From an uncultured Verrucomicrobiae bacterium (lineage in GTDB: Bacteria > Verrucomicrobiota > Verrucomicrobiia > Chthoniobacterales > UBA10450): a stretch of 64,000 nucleotides of DNA. The stretch covers positions 544,001-608,000 of the forward strand of contig CAVYXA010000003.1 of the NCBI GenBank assembly GCA_963772365.1, read 5' to 3'. Shown here in pieces: positions 39,698-49,154 of the stretch. A model generated the notes under the pieces. The model searched no databases. It had not been told where the DNA came from and saw only the letters and a list, made by a program, of their open reading frames with translations. The number at the start of each line of letters is the position of its first letter. Position 1 is the stretch's first letter. The translations under genes were made by a program, and so were the position numbers.

Positions 39698-39772
39698 TGT
39701 TGAATGGTTGAATGGTTAAGAAGCGCGGTGATCCGGTCCTTTTTAACTTTTCAACCATTTAACTCTTTAACC
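39698..39772. repeat. Degenerate octamer repeats in inverted arrangement, overlapping the riboflavin synthase 3' end
   Basis: GTTGAATG GTTGAATG GTTAAGAA ... TTTAACTT TTCAACCA TTTAACTC TTTAACCG. Confidence 0.75.
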
Positions 39773-40353
39773 GCCACCATCCGTTCGACATACTTCGCCA
39801 GAACATCGAACTCCAGATTGAGCGGGTCGCCCGAACGCGCATGATCGAGATTCGTGTGGCGTTTGGTGTGCGGAATAATCCAAACGACAAAGCTTTCTCG
39901 GGAAACTTCCGCGACCGTGAGGCTAATGCCGTTGACTGCGATAGAGCCTTTGGGAACGACATAACGAGCAAACTGAGACGGCAATTCGATTTCGAGGCGA
40001 AAATCGCTTCCACTTCGCTCGAAACTGACGATGCGAGAAACGCAATCAATGTGGCCTTGAACGAAATGGCCGCCGATGCGGCCGTTTGCAGAAAGCGAGC
40101 GCTCGAGATTTACCAGGCTTTTTGATCGCAACGACTTCAGATTCGTGCGATCGAGCGTTTCCTGAAGAAGATCAAACGTGAGCTGATTGCCCCGACGCGC
40201 GTTCACCGTTAGGCAACAGCCATTCACGGCGACGCTTTCGCCGCGACGAATTCCTTTCGCAATCTTCGCCGCTGCAATCTGCAATTGAACGCCTGCCGGA
40301 GGCAAACTGATTCGGAGCACTTGGCCCACCTCTTCAACCAAACCGGTAAACAT
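39751..40353 (-). CDS. ribE: Riboflavin synthase alpha chain
   Basis: MFTGLVEE, SVAVNGCCLTV, GGHFVQGH, KGSIAVNGISLTV. Confidence 0.96.
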   Translation of the reverse strand: MFTGLVEEVGQVLRISLPPAGVQLQIAAAKIAKGIRRGESVAVNGCCLTVNARRGNQLTFDLLQETLDRTNLKSLRSKSLVNLERSLSANGRIGGHFVQGHIDCVSRIVSFERSGSDFRLEIELPSQFARYVVPKGSIAVNGISLTVAEVSRESFVVWIIPHTKRHTNLDHARSGDPLNLEFDVLAKYVERMVAVKELNG

Positions 40354-40472
40354 CGTTTTAAGGTTTTGTCAGGATCAGTTCGACGGGCAACTCAAATCTT
40401 GGTCGGGACACGCATCTCTCTGTTTCGCGCTGGCCGGGATCGGCGATCACGTTTACAACAACAAAGGTGGCC

Positions 40473-41771
40473 ATGATTCTCGCTTTATTTGCCGCGGTTT
40501 CTCGAGATCCGGCGGTCTTTGGTGTTTCCATCGATTTCATTCTGTTCGGCCTGACTTTGATCGGGGTAGCCATTTTTCATCATCATACGATGTATGTAGC
40601 CCTCGCGGGGCTGGTGACGATTTCGATTTACAAGATCCTGTTCACCGGATTCAAAACGGGCGCTGGGATTGCGGGCCTCGTTTCTCACGTCGAGCATGAG
40701 TGGGTAATCCTGGCAAACTTGCTTTGCTTGCTACTGGGCTTTGCACTGTTATCGCGCCATTTCGAAAAAAGCCATATTCCGGTGGTCCTACCAAAATTTC
40801 TTCCGCACGATTGGAAGGGCGGATTCCTCTTGCTGGTAATAGTGTGGATTCTATCAAGTTTTCTCGACAACATTGCTGCAGCGCTAATTGGCGGCGCCAT
40901 GGCGCACCAACTTTTCCGCGCGAAGGTGCATATTGGTTATCTGGCGGCAATTGTCGCCGCGTCAAATGCCGGCGGAGCGTGGAGCGTTCTGGGCGATACG
41001 ACTACTACCATGATGTGGATCGCGGGAGTTGCTCCATTGCAGGTTTTTGAGGCGATTATCGCGGCAACAACGGCCTTGTTTATTTTCGGGATCCCAGCTG
41101 CGATGAAGCAGCACAGGTATTCTCCGATTTTAGGCCACGCCCACGAGCATACCCAAATTGATTGGATGCGAATTGGGATTGTCGGCCTGATTTTGGTTCT
41201 CGCGTTGACAACGAATGTCGTGGTCAACACGAAGTTTCCGACATACTCGAGTCATTTTCCATTCATCGGCCTGGCTGTGTGGATAGCGATTCTCATCTCG
41301 GCGGGAATGCGCCGGCCTGATTGGGAAATCCTTCCGCGCGCTGTACGAAGCTCCGTTTTTCTGCTCTGTCTCGTTTTGATTGCCTCTATGATGCCGGTAG
41401 AGCGTTTGCCGCAGGCATCGGCGAAAACCGCGCTCGGCCTCGGTTTTTTGTCATCCGTGTTTGATAACATACCGCTGACGGCTCTCGCATTGAAACAAGG
41501 CGGTTACGATTGGGGCCCACTGGCGTACGCAGTTGGCTTTGGCGGATCGATGATTTGGTTCGGGTCTTCAGCCGGCGTCGCGCTCTCGAGCATTTTTCCC
41601 GAAGCGAAATCGGTAGTCGCATGGATCAGGGGTGGTTGGTTTGTCGCAGTGGCTTACGTGACCGGATTTGCAGTGATGCTGATGTTGATAGGCTGGCATC
41701 CGGAACCAAAAAGGCGGCAGGCGCATACAGCGGCCAAGCCTGCAGTGATCCATGTCGATCTTAATAAATAG
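40473..41771 (+). CDS. IT-superfamily transporter (citrate transporter/NhaD-like)
   Basis: SSFLDN, ASNAGGAWSVLGDTTTTMMW, SSVFDNIPL, GGSMIWFGSSAGVAL. Confidence 0.85.
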   Translation: MILALFAAVSRDPAVFGVSIDFILFGLTLIGVAIFHHHTMYVALAGLVTISIYKILFTGFKTGAGIAGLVSHVEHEWVILANLLCLLLGFALLSRHFEKSHIPVVLPKFLPHDWKGGFLLLVIVWILSSFLDNIAAALIGGAMAHQLFRAKVHIGYLAAIVAASNAGGAWSVLGDTTTTMMWIAGVAPLQVFEAIIAATTALFIFGIPAAMKQHRYSPILGHAHEHTQIDWMRIGIVGLILVLALTTNVVVNTKFPTYSSHFPFIGLAVWIAILISAGMRRPDWEILPRAVRSSVFLLCLVLIASMMPVERLPQASAKTALGLGFLSSVFDNIPLTALALKQGGYDWGPLAYAVGFGGSMIWFGSSAGVALSSIFPEAKSVVAWIRGGWFVAVAYVTGFAVMLMLIGWHPEPKRRQAHTAAKPAVIHVDLNK

Positions 41772-41792
41772 AAATAATAACGGCGCTCGGGT

Positions 41793-43100
41793 ATGGCGGC
41801 TTCCTTGAAGAAAATTGAGCAAACGATTTTTCAGCGCTTTTTCCGGACGGAGACCCGCGGCGGATCGATTCTCCTCTTATTTGGAATGGCTGCCCTCGCT
41901 ATCGCCAACTCGCCCTTGGCAGGGGGATATAATGAACTTTGGAAGCAATTCGTAACGATTACCGTGGGCGGCCACTCGCTTTCGCTCACCCTGCATGGCT
42001 GGATCAATGACGGTCTGATGGCGGTGTTTTTTCTGCTGGTCGGGCTTGAGATCAAACGTGAACTCCTGGCCGGCGAGTTATCATCACCTAAGCAAGCCGC
42101 CCTTCCGATCGCCTGTGCCATCGGCGGAATGATTCTGCCAGCCGCGGTCTATTTAATATTCAACGCGAGCGGAATTGGTTCGCGAGGGTGGGGCATTCCG
42201 ACGGCGACCGACATTGCTTTCGCGCTGGGCGCATTAAACATTATCGCTCCGCGCGCTCCCATCGGCGCGAAAGTTTTCCTGACTGCGCTCGCGATTGTCG
42301 ATGATATGGGAGCGATTCTGATTATCGCTGTGTTCTACTCGAATCACGTGGCGTTTGGCGCGCTTGGAATCGCTGCGCTGATCTTTCTTATACTGATTGC
42401 GCTGAATGTTGCCGGCATCCGCTCTCTCTGGCCGTATTTATTATTGGGACTTCTGCTCTGGTACTTTGTCCACGAGTCGGGGATTCATCCTACTGTCGCG
42501 GGTGTGTTGACAGCATTTACGATTCCGGCACACACCAAAATAAATGCTGCCGAATTTTCCAGCGAAGCGCGGTCGCTATTGGACCGATTTGATCGAACTG
42601 AAACGGGAGATCTCCTGGTTTTGACGAGTAAGGGCCAGCAGGAGACGCTTTTCGCGCTCGAGCATGCCAGCGAAGGAGTCACGGCGCCAATTCTCAAACT
42701 CGAGCACGCGCTGCATAATTTTTCGGCATTTGTCGTTATGCCGCTGTTCGCCTTTGCCAATGCTGGCGTTAAGATTGGTGGTTCAATCGAGCACGCGGAA
42801 ATTGTGTTTGGAATCATGGCGGGCCTGATCGTTGGTAAACCGCTTGGAATTGCTGCGGCCGCTTTTTTCGCAGTGAAGACTGGCCTGGCCACGCTGCCAA
42901 CTGGTGTTCGTTGGCCCTCGCTGATCAGTTACGCTTGGCTGGCGGGCATCGGTTTCACCGTTTCGCTTTTTATCTCGATGCTCGCATTTGTGGATTCGTT
43001 AGTAATTGAGGCGGCCAAAGTCGGGATTCTGGCTGGCTCCTTACTTGCTGGCATTATGGCTGCGCTGCTGCTCGCAATAACGGAGCGCCGAGAACGGTAG
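41793..43100 (+). CDS. nhaA: Na+/H+ antiporter NhaA
   Basis: WINDGLMAVFF.LVGLEIKRE, GWGIPTATDIAFALG, LAIVDD, GIGFTVSLFI. Confidence 0.96.
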   Translation: MAASLKKIEQTIFQRFFRTETRGGSILLLFGMAALAIANSPLAGGYNELWKQFVTITVGGHSLSLTLHGWINDGLMAVFFLLVGLEIKRELLAGELSSPKQAALPIACAIGGMILPAAVYLIFNASGIGSRGWGIPTATDIAFALGALNIIAPRAPIGAKVFLTALAIVDDMGAILIIAVFYSNHVAFGALGIAALIFLILIALNVAGIRSLWPYLLLGLLLWYFVHESGIHPTVAGVLTAFTIPAHTKINAAEFSSEARSLLDRFDRTETGDLLVLTSKGQQETLFALEHASEGVTAPILKLEHALHNFSAFVVMPLFAFANAGVKIGGSIEHAEIVFGIMAGLIVGKPLGIAAAAFFAVKTGLATLPTGVRWPSLISYAWLAGIGFTVSLFISMLAFVDSLVIEAAKVGILAGSLLAGIMAALLLAITERRER

Positions 43101-43253
43101 AAATCTTTGATAAAATCGTGAATTTCAGAACTCAAGAAAAGAACATTGGAAGCCCAGAAAATGCTTTATTTTCTTCTAGGCAGCTTCCCTAAAATCCGGT
43201 AAAACGGCGGAAAACAGGAGATCGGGAGGACAAAACCGCCTGTTTGCCCGTTC

Positions 43254-43311
43254 AAAAAAAATTTGAAAAAAATGAAAAAAAGCCTTGTCAGACCCCAAAT
43301 TCTTCATTAAT
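43254..43311 (+). promoter_or_regulatory. A-tract (UP-element-like) region and putative -35 upstream of the TBDR
   Basis: Three A-runs followed by TTGTCA at 43285; -10 uncertain. Confidence 0.4.
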
Positions 43312-43347
43312 CCCTACGCAAACCTAACCCAACCCATGGAGAAACTA

Positions 43348-46300
43348 ATGACCAAACATGTACTAAAAACGGTGGGATTCGTACGAGCCGCTCTAGTAGC
43401 TGCCGCAGGAATTCCTTTACTCATCGCAATGAGCGCTTCGGCGCAGGCACCGGCGCCCGGTCCGGGTGCAGCGGGCACCGAGGCAGGAGCCCAAGGAGCT
43501 TCAGCCGAGGTCGAGCGCGTCATCGTAACCGGTTCGAATATTCCGACAGCGGAAGAAGTCGGACCGAATCCGGTGTTCAGCCTGAACCGCGATTTGATCA
43601 ACAAGTCGGGTGAGCGCAACACCGAATCACTCCTAAAAGACCAGCCAGTGGCTAATGGCAGCAGCGTGCCTGTGCAAAACAACGGCACCAGCCAGGGCGG
43701 ACCAGCAGGAACAGCGTCAGTTTCTCTGCGCGGTTTTGATAACAGCGCCACACTAGTTCTAATCAATGGACGCCGGGTGGCTGCTTATCCTGGTTCGGGT
43801 TTCATTGATTTGAACACGATTCCGCTTGCCGCCGTTGAGAGCATCGAAGTTCTCAAAGATGGCGCTTCGGCTACTTACGGCGCGGATGCAGTGGCGGGCG
43901 TTGTCAACATCAAGCTCTGGAAAGATTTCCGCGGGGCCCAGCTGAGGTTACAGTACGGCAACACGCTAGATAAAGACGCGGGTCTTTATAGCGGCGACAT
44001 TCTCTTCGGTACGGGTGACGACAAGATGAGCATCACGGGTGATATCTTTTACTATCACCACAACTCTACGTTCAACATCGACCGGGGCAACTCGCTCAAA
44101 CCACCGTTCTTGAGCTCGAACACTGTCCCATGGAATTTTAATTTGAACTATGATGTGTTGGTCGCGTCCGGAGTTAGCCCCGCGGTTCTCCCGGACCCAG
44201 CGACTCTGCCAGATAGCCACAATTTGTACGGCACGCCGCCCAACGGCAGTAATGGAACAACCCCGTCCAATAACTGGATTTACTCCAGAGGGCGTCCTCG
44301 TGGTGCGTTCAGCCTTTTGCCCGGATTCAACTTCAATGCTTTGTCGAGTTCATGGCCAGACCAGGAGCGTTGGGGCGGGTACGCGTCCTTTAACGACAAG
44401 ATTTGTGACGATCAATTTCAAATCTATGGCGATTTCTATTACGCCGATGTGAAGACGCACGACGAACTCGCGCCCGGCGCAACAAACAATTTTGAAACCA
44501 AAGGTCAGGGCACGATTTACGTCCCACCGGGCACAGACTTGAACGGGGTCGCTCCTCCCAACACTCCAACATTTTCTGAGGTTGGTTTGGTTGACCCGCA
44601 TGCTTTTAACCCATTCAATCCATTCAATCAGATCATATCGGGAGGGACGCGGGCGCGGTTGTACGATTTCGGCAATCGTCTCTTTGATAATGAAAACTTT
44701 GCCTGGTTGAGCACCGTGGGCGCCCACGGCGATAAGCTCTTTGATGGCAGTTGGGGCTACGACAGTGCATTTCGATACAGTCAGATCGAGAATGTTTCTC
44801 GGACCAAAGACACGAACGTCCTTCGCTTTAATCAGGTGATGAATGGGAACGACCCGATCTTTGATCCGAATTCAGCTGTTTATATTGGAACGACGGTTCC
44901 GTACAATCCGTTCGGCGATGCTCGTTCGGGTGTAATCGCGAGCAACATTCCGACCTTGGATTATGCAACTCTATACAGACACGATCTTGCCACATCCAAG
45001 ATCGCGCAGTTGGATTCGAGTATCTACACTACCAGTTTATTTGACCTGCCCGGTGGTTCCGTGGGCCTCGCGTTCGGCGGTGGCTGGAGCCGGGAAGCCC
45101 TCTCGATTTTCCCGGACGATCAGGGCCGATTGAAAGAAGAGGCTGGTGTAGGCCAATCGCGCCGTTCTCAATCTGGACGTAAGAAATGGAACCTCTACAG
45201 TGAAGTCCTGGTTCCAATCATCAGCCCGGAGATGGGAATACCGCTCTTCCACACGTTGGAACTTACCGGAGCAGATCGACTCGATGTCTTCGAGAACAAT
45301 GACACCAATGCGATCGTGCCGAAGGTTGGTGTTCGCTGGCAGCCATTTGATGAACAATTGACCATTCGCAGCACGTGGGGTGAAGGGTTCCTCGAGCCAT
45401 CATTGTTCCAACTGTACTACGGCGCGGCGTTTACTCTAGCCTCGACGGCCCTGCCCGGAGGCCAGCCGCAACCGGAAACGACAGAAGAAGTCGATTCCAA
45501 TCCGAACCTGCAACCGGAAGATTCCCGCACATGGAGCGCTGGCATTGTTTATACGCCTTCATGGGTCCAGAACTTCATTCCAAACGCCAACTTGACCGTC
45601 TCGATCGACCTATGGGACATCGAGCGTAATGGCGTTATCGTCGTGCCGGGTGCACAAGAAGTTGTTCAGCGTTTCCTAAGCGGCACGCTTCTGCCCGGGG
45701 AAGAAGTGATCGTTGATACGTCATCAGATACCGTGACGTTCCTTAAAACCACCTACGCGAACGCCGGACGGGAAAACGCCCGTGGAGTTGACCTTGGGTT
45801 GCTGTTCCAAATCCAAACCGGGTTCGGGACATTTAGCTCAACTACTCAAGCAAGCTATCTTGACTCGTTTATCTTCCAGCCTACGGCTCAGTCCAGAGCG
45901 CGTGAGGTGAGTGGACGCACTAACAGCGATCCGTTTGAAGGCTCGTTCTTCGGTCAGACCACGGGTGGAGATGGCTGGGTCAAATGGAAAGGGATTTCGC
46001 GTCTGGATTGGGCGTGGAACAATTGGGACTTGAACTGGACCGTCCATTATTGGAGTGGATTCCACGAGAAACTCGAGCCTCAGCTGTTTGTCGATCTATT
46101 CGGCACATTCCAGGAACACTGGGTGCACGGTATTTGGATGCATGATGCTCAGCTCTCTTATGACCTGATCTTCACGCCTCCAGTAGAACAGCAGCCAGTG
46201 GCGGGCTACTCAAAGGGTGGCAAGGAAGTGGTGCAGAGCAAAGAGGGTAAGGCAGTTGAATCTGCGGCGGCCTACTCAATGCCTTGCTGGCAGACCATTC

Positions 46301-46458
46301 TCAACAACAGCAAATTCACCCTCGGTGTGAGCAACATCTTTGGCCAGGATCCGCCCAGCCAGCACGGGTTCCAGAACGGAAACTCGACCGGATATCCAGG
46401 TTTCTATTTCGACAATCTGGGACGGTTCGTCTACGCCGAGCTGACCAAGAAGTTCTAA
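43348..46458 (+). CDS. TonB-dependent outer-membrane receptor
   Basis: Signal peptide, VERVIVTGSNI TonB box, TLVLINGRR, IEVLKDGASATYGADAVAGVVNI, C-terminal Phe. Confidence 0.95.
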   Translation: MTKHVLKTVGFVRAALVAAAGIPLLIAMSASAQAPAPGPGAAGTEAGAQGASAEVERVIVTGSNIPTAEEVGPNPVFSLNRDLINKSGERNTESLLKDQPVANGSSVPVQNNGTSQGGPAGTASVSLRGFDNSATLVLINGRRVAAYPGSGFIDLNTIPLAAVESIEVLKDGASATYGADAVAGVVNIKLWKDFRGAQLRLQYGNTLDKDAGLYSGDILFGTGDDKMSITGDIFYYHHNSTFNIDRGNSLKPPFLSSNTVPWNFNLNYDVLVASGVSPAVLPDPATLPDSHNLYGTPPNGSNGTTPSNNWIYSRGRPRGAFSLLPGFNFNALSSSWPDQERWGGYASFNDKICDDQFQIYGDFYYADVKTHDELAPGATNNFETKGQGTIYVPPGTDLNGVAPPNTPTFSEVGLVDPHAFNPFNPFNQIISGGTRARLYDFGNRLFDNENFAWLSTVGAHGDKLFDGSWGYDSAFRYSQIENVSRTKDTNVLRFNQVMNGNDPIFDPNSAVYIGTTVPYNPFGDARSGVIASNIPTLDYATLYRHDLATSKIAQLDSSIYTTSLFDLPGGSVGLAFGGGWSREALSIFPDDQGRLKEEAGVGQSRRSQSGRKKWNLYSEVLVPIISPEMGIPLFHTLELTGADRLDVFENNDTNAIVPKVGVRWQPFDEQLTIRSTWGEGFLEPSLFQLYYGAAFTLASTALPGGQPQPETTEEVDSNPNLQPEDSRTWSAGIVYTPSWVQNFIPNANLTVSIDLWDIERNGVIVVPGAQEVVQRFLSGTLLPGEEVIVDTSSDTVTFLKTTYANAGRENARGVDLGLLFQIQTGFGTFSSTTQASYLDSFIFQPTAQSRAREVSGRTNSDPFEGSFFGQTTGGDGWVKWKGISRLDWAWNNWDLNWTVHYWSGFHEKLEPQLFVDLFGTFQEHWVHGIWMHDAQLSYDLIFTPPVEQQPVAGYSKGGKEVVQSKEGKAVESAAAYSMPCWQTILNNSKFTLGVSNIFGQDPPSQHGFQNGNSTGYPGFYFDNLGRFVYAELTKKF

Positions 46459-46482
46459 GTCGAGCGCAAATTTTGATCATCG

Positions 46483-46512
46483 AGAGGCAGCCCGGAAATG
46501 GGCTGCCTCTTT
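46483..46512 (+). terminator. Probable intrinsic terminator after the TBDR
   Basis: AGAGGCAGCCC-GGAAAT-GGGCTGCCTCT followed by a short T run. Confidence 0.7.
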
Positions 46513-46620
46513 GCTGTACATGAGTTGGAGGTTTGGCCGGCGATTGTTCGCCTTGCGCAACTTCTGCCTCGGCAAAGGGTTTAACCATTGACGCCAGTTT
46601 GGAAAGGAAGATGTTAAAGT

Positions 46621-46905
46621 ATGAAAACGTCAGGTTTGGCAAAGAGAGCAGTGGCACTGGTACTGATTTGGGCAGTGGCAGTAAGTGTCGGAGTCGCTTC
46701 GGCGAATGACCAGTCGACTGGGAAATGCCAGTACGTATTAGTGACAGGATCGAGAATACCTCAAAAGGTGAAGGTCAAGGCGATTGGCACAAAGACATCA
46801 TCGCCGGTGCGCATCTACAAACGCCGCGAAATCGATCAGACCGGCCGGTTCACGGTAAGAGATGTTCTTGCACAGGATCCGTCGCTACAGGTGACTGGGC
46901 ACTAA
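46621..46905 (+). CDS. Small secreted protein resembling an isolated TonB box plus plug N-terminus
   Basis: Signal peptide, then VLVTGSRIP...SPVRIYKRREIDQTG...DVLAQDP. Confidence 0.75.
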   Translation: MKTSGLAKRAVALVLIWAVAVSVGVASANDQSTGKCQYVLVTGSRIPQKVKVKAIGTKTSSPVRIYKRREIDQTGRFTVRDVLAQDPSLQVTGH

Positions 46906-47050
46906 CAAGCAAGATCACGCGCTCTATGAGCTCGTCCGATGTGTTCGGTGCGGAGAAGTAAAGCAGCAAGTCCCTCCGCTGCGGCAGCGCTGCAGTTATC
47001 ACTTTCGAGACGATGTGCGAACCTTGTTCCTGAAAGGCGTTCCGCAGGTT

Positions 47051-49012
47051 TTACTGCGAAGATACGCGATCCCTTTGATTCCGTTCCTCAGTAGCGATAG
47101 CGACGCGAAGATTCTCTGCGGCGGTTGTGTCATCTGGTCGAAGACGTAAGGCTTTCTTGAATTCGACAATTGCTTCTGACGTTTGCCCCAGTCGCATGCA
47201 AACTACCCCAAGGCTGTTATGGACCGGCGCTTTGGGATCCAGTCGGGCAGTCTCCAGGTAATGTGTTTTCGCTCCCTCCAAATGTCCCTTGAGAAAAAGA
47301 ACCCGACCCAGATGGTAGTGCGCCTCCGAATGATCCGGTTTGTATCTGAGTGCCGTTTGAAATTCAGTCGCCGCAGAATCGATCTTTCCGGCGTAGAACA
47401 AAAACATCGCATAATCGTAGTGTATTCGGGCCGACTGAGGCGATAAAGTTACGGCCTTTTCGAACTCAGTTGCAGCTTCCTCCCGTTCACCCAGGAGATC
47501 TAAAACATGACCTCGCTTGGAGTGTAATTCACCGTTGTTTGGCTGGCCATGTAGCGCGTTTTTTATATCCGTCAGCACCCACCGCAACTCTGTTTGGCCT
47601 TCATCGAACTTTGATTGAGCAACCAGAACCTCCGCGAGAGCGACGTGTAATTCTCTTTCCTTTGGATAGCTGCGCAGGGCCAGCCGATATTGTTGCGCTG
47701 CCAATTCCAATTGGTGTGCATCCTGCAAAGCAGTGCCGTACTTCCAATGGGCGCGGTTACTGTTGGGCAGGTCGGCGACAATCCAAGCGGCTCTATCGAG
47801 TTCCAAAGTCGTGCTCCGGGTCTGTCCAATCCACAGAGCCCCTAGTGGAATCACAAAAGCTACTCCCCATTTCAACCCGTGCCCGAGCCAGCTTGGTAAA
47901 AGCTTGGCCGCGGAAGTCGAACTAAGCCCGCCCGCTAATCCGAGCGACTCGCGTGTAGACCGTTCCCGTACCTTCCAAATGAAGCCGTCATAATAAAAGT
48001 GGAGAAGGCCCGACGCCGCCACAATCCCAGTTAACACGCGCTTAACCGTTTCGATTTCCAGATGCGAATTGATATAGCCAAGTGAACCGTAGGCGAATAC
48101 AAGCCCTATGTACAAACCGATCAAGGAACCACTTCGTCGAAACATAAACCGCATAAAGCCGGTGATTGATTTATCTTTATCTACGCGGTTACGATTGTAG
48201 ATCCACACGAGCGAAAGGTACTGCACATCGTGAAAAACCTCGAAGAGGGCAATTCCGGCAAGGATGTTTGTGACGCCGTTATTGCAATACCACCAAAAGC
48301 CAATGCTCGTAATCAATAACACGAGCTTGACCGGGTTGGGACGTCGGCCTTCGGCCCACATGCGAGAAAAGTTGAAAAGGAACAAGAGGGTCACGAGGAC
48401 CGCTGCGGTGGTGACGATGGTCTGTGCACCCCGCAGAAGCCATGGCGCAACAAATGGGCCTCCACATGCGTAGTACGTTTCGAGTGTGTCGGTCATGCGT
48501 TGAGGGGAAAGCAACACACCAGCCGCGAACCAAACTGCACACGCAGCGAAATCGAGCCGACGCGTAAGCGGCGCGAATGAACCCATTTTGGCGTCGTAGA
48601 TACGACAAAAACCATAGGTCTGCATCATTCCGTGCCAGACTCCCCAAACAAACACGACAAGGACGACTCCTTTAAGGTCCCATGACGAAAATGCTACGCA
48701 GACAGCTAGCAGAAAAATCGGGGCAATAATGAAGCGCCAGCGAAATCTTTCGAACAAAGCCCGATCGCCGTAAGCGCGAATCATGCCGGGCAGATGGTGG
48801 CCCATGGCGCCAAATGCTGCCACGAACAGGTAAATATCCTGCGCGCGCCAGCGTACCTGAGCCAAAGCAAAGATTGGCAGGAGCAATAGGGGCGTACCGA
48901 CGTACAAGATCAGGTCGCGCCAACTGTTCAAAATCCACAACGTCTTCTTTGGCGCTTCCGCCGGAACAGCTGGAACAGTCTGCGGGCGGGAAAAGGCGGT
49001 GACGTGCTGCAT
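47051..49012 (-). CDS. Polytopic membrane protein with four His motifs fused to TPR repeats
   Basis: GHHLPG, WHGMMQTYG, FHDVQY, LHFYYDGFIWK in the TM region; C-terminal TPRs (EAHYHLG, VHNSLG). Confidence 0.8.
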   Translation of the reverse strand: MQHVTAFSRPQTVPAVPAEAPKKTLWILNSWRDLILYVGTPLLLLPIFALAQVRWRAQDIYLFVAAFGAMGHHLPGMIRAYGDRALFERFRWRFIIAPIFLLAVCVAFSSWDLKGVVLVVFVWGVWHGMMQTYGFCRIYDAKMGSFAPLTRRLDFAACAVWFAAGVLLSPQRMTDTLETYYACGGPFVAPWLLRGAQTIVTTAAVLVTLLFLFNFSRMWAEGRRPNPVKLVLLITSIGFWWYCNNGVTNILAGIALFEVFHDVQYLSLVWIYNRNRVDKDKSITGFMRFMFRRSGSLIGLYIGLVFAYGSLGYINSHLEIETVKRVLTGIVAASGLLHFYYDGFIWKVRERSTRESLGLAGGLSSTSAAKLLPSWLGHGLKWGVAFVIPLGALWIGQTRSTTLELDRAAWIVADLPNSNRAHWKYGTALQDAHQLELAAQQYRLALRSYPKERELHVALAEVLVAQSKFDEGQTELRWVLTDIKNALHGQPNNGELHSKRGHVLDLLGEREEAATEFEKAVTLSPQSARIHYDYAMFLFYAGKIDSAATEFQTALRYKPDHSEAHYHLGRVLFLKGHLEGAKTHYLETARLDPKAPVHNSLGVVCMRLGQTSEAIVEFKKALRLRPDDTTAAENLRVAIATEERNQRDRVSSQ

Positions 49013-49119
49013 AAGCTCGGCGGGCCAAGTATTCTTCAGTGTTCGCAGAAAATCAAGGCAGCAGGCCTATCGCTTCGAAAAATCGCGTGTTCGATGCGGG
49101 AGAAGCGGCGGAATTCGCA

Positions 49120-49135
49120 TGGCACGGCTGTTGCT
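49120..49135 (+). promoter_or_regulatory. Sigma-54 (-24/-12) promoter
   Basis: TGGCACGGCTGTTGCT matches the TGGCACG-N4-TTGC(T/A) consensus exactly, 19 nt before ATG 49155. Confidence 0.8.
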
Positions 49136-49154
49136 TTTGTAAATCATAGTAATT

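Noticed and set aside
43100..43340. Possible cobalamin or other riboswitch upstream of the TBDR
   Set aside because: No recognisable B12-box or other aptamer motif by eye; an Rfam scan is needed to exclude it fully
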